47,060 nucleotides of DNA. Source: Octopus bimaculoides. Taxonomy: Eukaryota. Positions 45,924-47,060 of the stretch are shown here, one piece after another (position 1 is the stretch's first letter; every line of letters begins with the position of its first letter). A model generated the notes under the pieces. The model saw only the letters and a list, made by a program, of their open reading frames with translations. It did not search any database and was not told the origin of the DNA. The position numbers were made by a program, and so were the translations under genes. The DNA is taken from the NCBI RefSeq assembly GCF_001194135.2, contig NC_069000.1, positions 26,735,375 through 26,782,434 of the forward strand, read 5' to 3'.

Positions 45924-47027
45924 TCTTAGCTACAATAGCAACAACATGAATTTCTTCCATCTTCTTGCTTTGTTAAAATACTTGGGAAAAATTATATTAA
46001 TGCATCCTACTTGTTAAAATTCCATTTATTTATTTGTGCAGCTAAAGATGGCACTGCATCACTATTTGATGTCCTGTTGCTTATTTTGATTTTATATATA
46101 TATAAGTTAAGTTATACATAATGGTCATTACATATTTTACCTTTATTAGAGCAAGTAAAGCTTACAGTTGTTTCCAGTGGTCATTATAGATACATTACTG
46201 ATAGATTTATTCAATCAGTCTATTGATCAATTGAGAAAAATTGAATGATAACAAAGCAGAACACTGAAGGAATGGTGAGTGCGTGAGACAGAGAAGAAAA
46301 GATGCAAAGATGCAAGTAGAATAGAGAAAAGGAGGAAGACAGGTTACAAAGGGGTGAAGAGAAGTAAGGAAAGGATAAAGGGAGGGGTTACTTAATAGAA
46401 GCAGAGGTGTAGGATGGCCCAGATTTGGGAAAAGGACAGTCATAAAACATTAGTGTTCATAGTCAGGTCAACAAACATGACCATATTAGCATTGTTTTTA
46501 GGTTTGATATCCTCCAAATGTTGTGTTGATATGGGCCATTTATACACATGGTCACTGGTGTTATCAAGCATAGTGGGGGAATTGTATTAGAAGATGAATG
46601 AAATATCAGTAATAATCATATTGTGATGTAGAGGTCAAGAAAGCTCTGATTAGCTAGGATATAAAATACTGAGAGATTGAGAGGTGTGAGGTTGAAATGA
46701 GATAAAGTCAAGTTGAGTTGCTGAAATTAACCTCATTACAGGAATTTTAAAATTTAAATCATTAAATGGATGATAGATTAAAATTTGAACAAAAGTTTAA
46801 AATTTCTAAATTAAGCATTAAAGGAAACTAAAGATTAAAGAATTAAAATACTAAAATGATACTGAAACAATAATGATGATGACAGCATCAACATCCACAA
46901 CACCAATAAAAATAATATTAATAAAATAACAATATAATAATGAAACAGCAATAAACAACGTAAGAAAAAGCAACAATAATGAAATCAAAATTAAAAGAAT
47001 TTTTTTTTAAATTTAAAAAGAATTTTT

Positions 47028-47060
<33 letters not shown>

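Overview
Repeat-rich, AT-rich animal genomic DNA with six N-gaps. It most resembles Octopus (coleoid cephalopod); this is inferred from the SINE/RTE repeat types and the zinc-finger gene, not from a database search. One host coding region is supported: a 6.9 kb uninterrupted minus-strand frame (22234-29178) encoding about 35 C2H2 fingers in spaced clusters. One finger pair (xxSDLxR then QxSNL) recurs six times, and the true start is unresolved. Most of the rest is nested transposon debris, several parts delimitable to the base. These include a decayed CRE-clade LINE whose PHD finger is restored in frame by removing a hAT MITE, and a short non-coding LTR element (tRNA-Trp PBS, AGAT TSD) inserted in its endonuclease. 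There is also a 988 bp solo LTR with CTTT TSD, an R4/Dong LINE, several RTE LINEs, two tRNA-derived SINE families, a Helitron, a Helentron-like element, a Charlie-type hAT with a TA-TSD MITE, and a Penelope-type minimal hammerhead ribozyme motif. I cannot establish a new biological system from sequence alone. The best candidates are the zinc-finger protein with repeated recognition helices, the PHD-bearing CRE element, the hammerhead and the short LTR element.
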